DNA from: Tubiluchus corallicola
Taxonomy: Eukaryota > Animalia > Priapulida
Direction of reading: 5' to 3'
Length of the DNA stretch: 64,000 nt
Assembly: GCA_030141605.1 (NCBI GenBank)
Contig: JAQGDQ010000094.1
Span: 434,001-498,000, forward strand
Shown here: piece after piece, positions 59,235 to 64,000 of the stretch
Numbering within the stretch: position 1 is the first letter of the stretch
Layout: each line of letters begins with the position of its first letter
Notes under the pieces: generated by a model
Seen by the model: only the letters and a program-made list of their open reading frames with translations
Told to the model about the DNA's origin: nothing
The model's database searches: none
Made by a program: the position numbers and the translations under genes

Positions 59235-62200
59235 CCTTCTTTGTAGTTCTGAGAATTATGGAAAATTAAGGAAATTAGTTCTGTCGCCAATTTGGAAGTG
59301 TTTAAAATAGTGGCAGATTGTGTTTGATTTTGTTTTCATTGGAATAAACATGCCAGCTATTAGGTGACTTTTCGATACTACATTGATGCTCCTTGAGTTG
59401 TCATTGGTCCTTTACAGTTGTAATTCAGACATGTCATCTTTACATTTTTGTACATTTTGTTAACAATGCAAAATTAGTTTACTTTTATTTACTACCATCC
59501 TTTTGTAACATAACTGATGCAGTAAAGGTCAAGTAAATTGCTTTACCTCCAGTCTGTTATTTTCATATATCATGTGGGCATTTTTCCTAGTTAATTTTTT
59601 ATTTTGCAGGGCTTACAAGATGGTTGCTATTGAAGACACAAAATTTCCACTTATTGCTGACAAAGGCAAAAAGGTAAGTTTACAAATATGCAATGTATGA
59701 ATTGTCACTATGCCACTTTGAGCTGACTGCACACTTTCTCTAATAATGTGAGCAGTTCGTATTTGTTTAAATGAGTGACATTATAAAATTGTAAGCAAGC
59801 CTTGAAAAAATTCTTAAATTGATAACACAACAAGCTTTAAATACCTTTTTCCTCCTTATCAGTTAGATAAAATTCTGTGGCATTTCAATCCGTATGTGAC
59901 ATTAATACGCTAATCCTCTTTCATTAGGCACCCAAAATTTATTTTATTTTGAGCATCAGTTAATTTAATAAAATCTAAACACAATTTGTCTGCAAATGTC
60001 TTAACATGTGCGCTTACTGACATGATTCCATTATTCAGGTGACTAGTAGAAAGTTTCTAATCAAGTGACTTAGTTGCTTACATATGTCAGAACAAAACAA
60101 TACTGGTCAATGTTAGGACATGTCTCTTAGCATACAAGCCTTTTAACTCAACCAATTGCACTTCAGAAATGTTCAACTTGGAAGTGTTTAAAAGTCAAAT
60201 CTCTTTAGAAAAAAGAGCTTACTGTAACTTGAAATTTGACCCTAACTTTATTAACTTTTGTGGCTTCCTTCCTAGTGAAATCAGGCCTTGAAGTTGCATT
60301 TTTCCACAAATATTTTGTTTGGATTTGCTCGTGAAACTTTGGAAAATCGCAGGCTAAACTAATGTGTTAGCAATGGCTTCCTTGGATACTGCATCGTTTC
60401 TGTGATGCTAAATTTGTAAACATTGCTACACAGCGAAATTGACACGTGATAACCAAATCAGCTGCGCTGACATCATCTAAAAAGCAAAATGCGTGAAATT
60501 AAGGCCCTGACTTTCTTCGGAAATGACACATTCGCACCCGATCTCCTCTTGTATAAATCACGAAGAAAAAGTTAAGGGTATCAGAAAATCTTAGAGCAGA
60601 GCATTTTCTTTCTGTTTTTGTGTAAAACTGAAACTTCATAAAGTACGATGTATTTGACCTTTAAGCAGTATTTTACTACTTATAAACCATTTACCACTTA
60701 TAACACATACCAGTATTAAGACAGTGTTGTTTTAAGGCAACTTTCTCAACACATTATCATTAGTATGAGTTGTTGCATTTGATTAATTGTGCATATTTCT
60801 TCACAGGCTCGTGTGCTAGCCACTATTGGACCAACACGAGGTCTAGGAGATCACGATTTGCGTGTTTTTGATACTAACTTGTATGTAAAACCATTTCTGT
60901 CTTCAGTACCTGAGGTAAGTTTATGATGACTTGTTATGTTTATATTGTACCTTTTGCATGCCTGACACATTACAAGGTGACACCTGAGATTGTTAGCTTC
61001 AGATCAAAGTTCGATTTGTAAGCTTAGCTGGTCTTTAGTTTGTAAGCTGACAGGAACAAATCCTTTTTTCTAAGACGTTGGTATTGCAGTGTTTTAAAAA
61101 CTACACGAATATAGAAAGAAGTTTCACTAATGTGAAAATGACTTATCACTAAGAACTAGTACAATTCATACAAAAATCCCATAATAAGCAAATGAAAGAT
61201 ACATAGTACCAGCTTACGTCTCGGTGAGCTATCTTAATGTAGGTGAAAGAATGTAAAATCAAAAAGTATCACTATCCATTTAGCATCCATTATTGAAAAT
61301 ATCAAGAAAACACAGATTATAGATGGATGCATGGATCAAGAAATGAAAAGTCCTAATTTTGTTTTAAGAACAAAATGGATATTTTGCAACCCTTTACTCA
61401 CACTGAAAAAGCAACCTATATCCAAAATATCCATATTGAAAATATCAACTAAATCCAAATATTTTTCAACATATTTTTCATTATCTTATTTGTGGGATTT
61501 GTTTATTAATTAAAATCCCTGAGCTTTTAGTGTCGACCAGTAGCAAATACTCATATTGGAAGTAACATGAATTACCATGATTAAATCTTGTTATGTCTAT
61601 TTAGGTAGAAGTAATTGACCTTTCCACAGAGGAGTATGGTCCTGATGATGTAGTAATTCTTGCCTCTGATGGATTATGGGATGTGACGAGCAATGAGACG
61701 GCAGCAGAAATTGTCATGTCGACACTCTCAAAATTTTCATTTAATGAACTCAGCAGGTAAACAAGAAAACATCATTTGTTTTTTTGTGATTTATATTTGC
61801 TGCTTTCAACTTTAACATAAAATTACACTCTAAAATGGTTAATGGTACATGTTTACTTACATGCTAATTTTGGTAATCAAATATTAGATGAGCTGCATCT
61901 TGAGCAACAAAATTTTATTGAGAAAAGTTTTTTGTTCTATAAAGTATCTTTGTTAGCTTCATTATATTAGTGTCAAAATTATTAAGTTGATGTTTAATAT
62001 AATGCCAGCACTAAAAGTACTATGATGTGGATGAAGTAATACCATGTTTTTTTAGTTAAAGTAAAATACTTGCAGAAATATCTCTTTTGTTCTGTTCGTT
62101 ATTGAAATATATCTAATTTGTTTTTTGTGATTCTCACCTAATAAGAGTTTAATCCTGTAAACACAGGAAAGCAATATTAAATTAGAGTCTGAAAAACTGT

Positions 62201-62613
62201 GCATTTCCACTGGGATGCAAACACAAGACCTGCTTTATAGGCAGCTATGCTAATCATTACACTACAGTGGTACCCGACTTTTCAGACTGGGAAATTTACT
62301 CTACTAGTCACTAGAGGACTAACAGCAGGAATCACAGTCCACACTTGTATTAAAACGTAATATAACATATTGTAACAATATGTAGTTTGAAAATTTTCAC
62401 TATCTGCATATTTCCCATCTCAGGTATACATCGGCTGCTCAGGATTTAGCTATGCATGCTCGAGGTCTGCTACAAGAAAAATCCAACTGGAAGACGCGGG
62501 ATGACAAACCAGCTTCAGGTGATGACATCACAGTGTTTATAGTTCCACTGAGCTTTCACAAAGAACCGGCAAAAACCACCGTACCAACAAGTGCCTCTGT
62601 ACTTTCTAAGTAA
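46462..62613 (+). CDS. PPM1H: Metal-dependent PP2C phosphatase of the PPM1H/PPM1J/PPM1M subfamily, 10 coding exons, ~499 aa
   Basis: Exons: 46462-46685, 51916-52093, 52602-52703, 53420-53584, 53980-54177, 57257-57375, 59610-59673, 60807-60914, 61605-61756, 62424-62613 (sum 1500 nt). Motifs: [109 protein letters not shown]. May be co-orthologous to vertebrate PPM1H/J/M. Confidence 0.95.
46870..48565 (-). mobile_element. Degraded CR1-like LINE ORF2 (end of endonuclease plus RT) in PPM1H intron 1
   Basis: Broken ORFs with [69 protein letters not shown]. Confidence 0.92.
48620..51250 (+). mobile_element. Degraded CR1/L2-group LINE ORF2 (endonuclease, RT, C-terminus) in PPM1H intron 1
   Basis: [11 protein letters not shown]...[101 protein letters not shown]. 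Many stops and frameshifts. Confidence 0.92.
55670..56245. repeat. CAC/CCA-rich degenerate simple repeat with short (GAT)n interruptions
   Basis: Strongly C/A-skewed low-complexity tract in a PPM1H intron, open in several frames on both strands. Confidence 0.85.
56480..57090 (+). mobile_element. Probable non-autonomous Helitron/Helentron-like remnant ending in a (TA)n microsatellite
   Basis: A block richer in GC and CpG than its flanks, ending GGAGATGTAGCC...CGGT-(TA)~20-catatgccaccgaaattaatatat. This resembles DINE-1-like 3' ends; termini not confirmed. Confidence 0.4.
59150..59233. repeat. (GA)n microsatellite preceded by (TGAC/TGAT)n tetranucleotide tract
   Basis: Imperfect GA run at 59150-59233; ctgactgactgact-type repeats at ~59070-59123. 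Confidence 0.92.
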
Positions 62614-63321
62614 GTTGGACTTTATGAGGACTATGGTAGAGCCTTTTTCTTCTTGTGTTTACGTCGTTCATGCACTTTCAGCTTAGGGCTACTTTATTTG
62701 AATTTACTGTCAAACAGTCAACTGATAAGACACACATCTGCAAGAACTGAACTGTGTTAATACAGGCTATGCTGTCTTCAGACAAGCTTTATGCCCAGTT
62801 GACTTGTGCACAAATAAACATTCTCGTTTTACAATAACTAATTAGAAATGAAGCAGTCAAAAATACGAAACCTAATGCAATGATGTTCTTCATCAATTTC
62901 CAAAAACAAATCTAATTTGAGTCTCACATCTCTAGTCTTCAAGATCGATTTGAATCTAAATTTTTAATTCATCTAATTTTCAAAATTTGCTGAATTTGAA
63001 TCTTGTTAGATGTGGAATTTGAATCATAAGAATTTCATATAAATAACAGTTTTAAACAGACTGTTCAAAAGACTGTTGAAAAAATTATGTAAAAATCATT
63101 GACATTACAATTTCTTCTGCAATGATTACTCCTGGATGAGTTACAAAACAGTCTGACATCAATCCAAACTGAACTGTTGTCTTGAAAATTTTCTTCACTC
63201 CTAGTAGTCTTACTACAGCATCACCAGCATTTTTATGACAGTATTTCCTAAAATCGAGCTAATAACTCATTTTTCCTATCTACATCACAAATGTGTTACT
63301 AGAATAGTGGGTTATATATTA

Positions 63322-64000
63322 CAGTAAGTGCTCACTTAAAGACACTAATGCATGCCAGCAAAACACGATGTTAAGGGGAACATCATTATATGAAACAATG
63401 CATTCCATAGAAAACAACGTAAAAGCTTTCAGTTGTGTTCCTCACCCAAAGTTCAATAATGCTTGGTTTAGCAAGAGCGGTCACTAAGTTGCATTGCAGG
63501 ACAAAAAATCAATAATGCTTAGCTATGTAAAGCTTTCATTTGCTTTGCCCAACAAAAATCAATAGTACTTCGGCATAAATCAAACACTTCATGGATTTTA
63601 TCCTTTATTACTGACAATTTTTAACTAAAAGTTAAATTGTTAAAGTTAAAGAGAGAACTGAAGTTTGCAGTGAAAATTCAATCTTTCATGCATGCATCTT
63701 ACTCTGATTGATCCCCTTATGCTATTTGTTCCTCCTTTTTTCATATCATGCATAGTCTCCATGTTTTTTCTGTTAAAGCTTTTTTTCAACACTGTAAGGC
63801 ATTAGCAACACAATGTCTCACTTCTGAGCTTCGCTCTGTTTCTGGATTATTTTCTCAAAAAAATTTCAAATCCAGCACCATACCGTGTTTTAAAAGCTTC
63901 TTGCAGATGTCTAACTCTAGCCATTTTTGTTTTGCACTCCTGAGAAGTATTTCTAGTATAGCTTTTCCAGCAACATAAATGCAAATGAGGTGAAGGTAGC
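63322..64000 (-). mobile_element. 3' end of a degraded Tigger/pogo transposon extending beyond the window
   Basis: Terminus TA|CAGTAAGTGCTCACTTAA at 63320. The minus strand translates as ...LKFF*ENNPETERSSEVRHCVANALQC*KKALTEK, resembling the C-terminal block of Tigger/pogo transposases. In-frame stops present. Confidence 0.6.

Noticed and set aside
60282-60509. Short possible hAT MITE (CAGGCCTTGAA ... AATTAAGGCCCTG)
   Set aside because: TIRs are imperfect and no matching 8-bp TSD is visible.

Overview
AT-rich, intron-rich eukaryotic genomic DNA, most likely from an invertebrate animal (inferred from the gene set, GT-AG splice signals and transposon types; the species cannot be named). Three complete multi-exon genes were rebuilt by hand with consistent splice phases. 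(1) RAD54L2/ARIP4-like SNF2 ATPase (+, CDS 6857-28928, 22 coding exons, about 2383 aa, one GC-AG intron). (2) AS3MT arsenite methyltransferase (-, CDS 45035-33657, 9 coding exons, about 403 aa). (3) PPM1H/J/M-like PP2C phosphatase (+, CDS 46462-62613, 10 coding exons, about 499 aa), head-to-head with AS3MT. A probable first exon of a fourth gene lies on the - strand at 612-632. Introns and intergenic DNA carry many transposon remnants: CR1/L2 and RTE LINE fragments, two inverted Kolobok/T2-type MITEs, a hAT MITE with an internal hairpin, Tigger/mariner remnants, and a Helentron-like element with a 149-bp tandem array. There is no CRISPR array, rRNA, convincing tRNA or prokaryotic-type system, and I cannot show a wholly new system from sequence alone. 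The most interesting signals are an overlapping E-box/ARE/MRE composite plus a CTCF-like site in the shared AS3MT-PPM1H promoter, an extended Cys-rich AS3MT tail, and large disordered, AT-hook and Tyr-rich additions to ARIP4.
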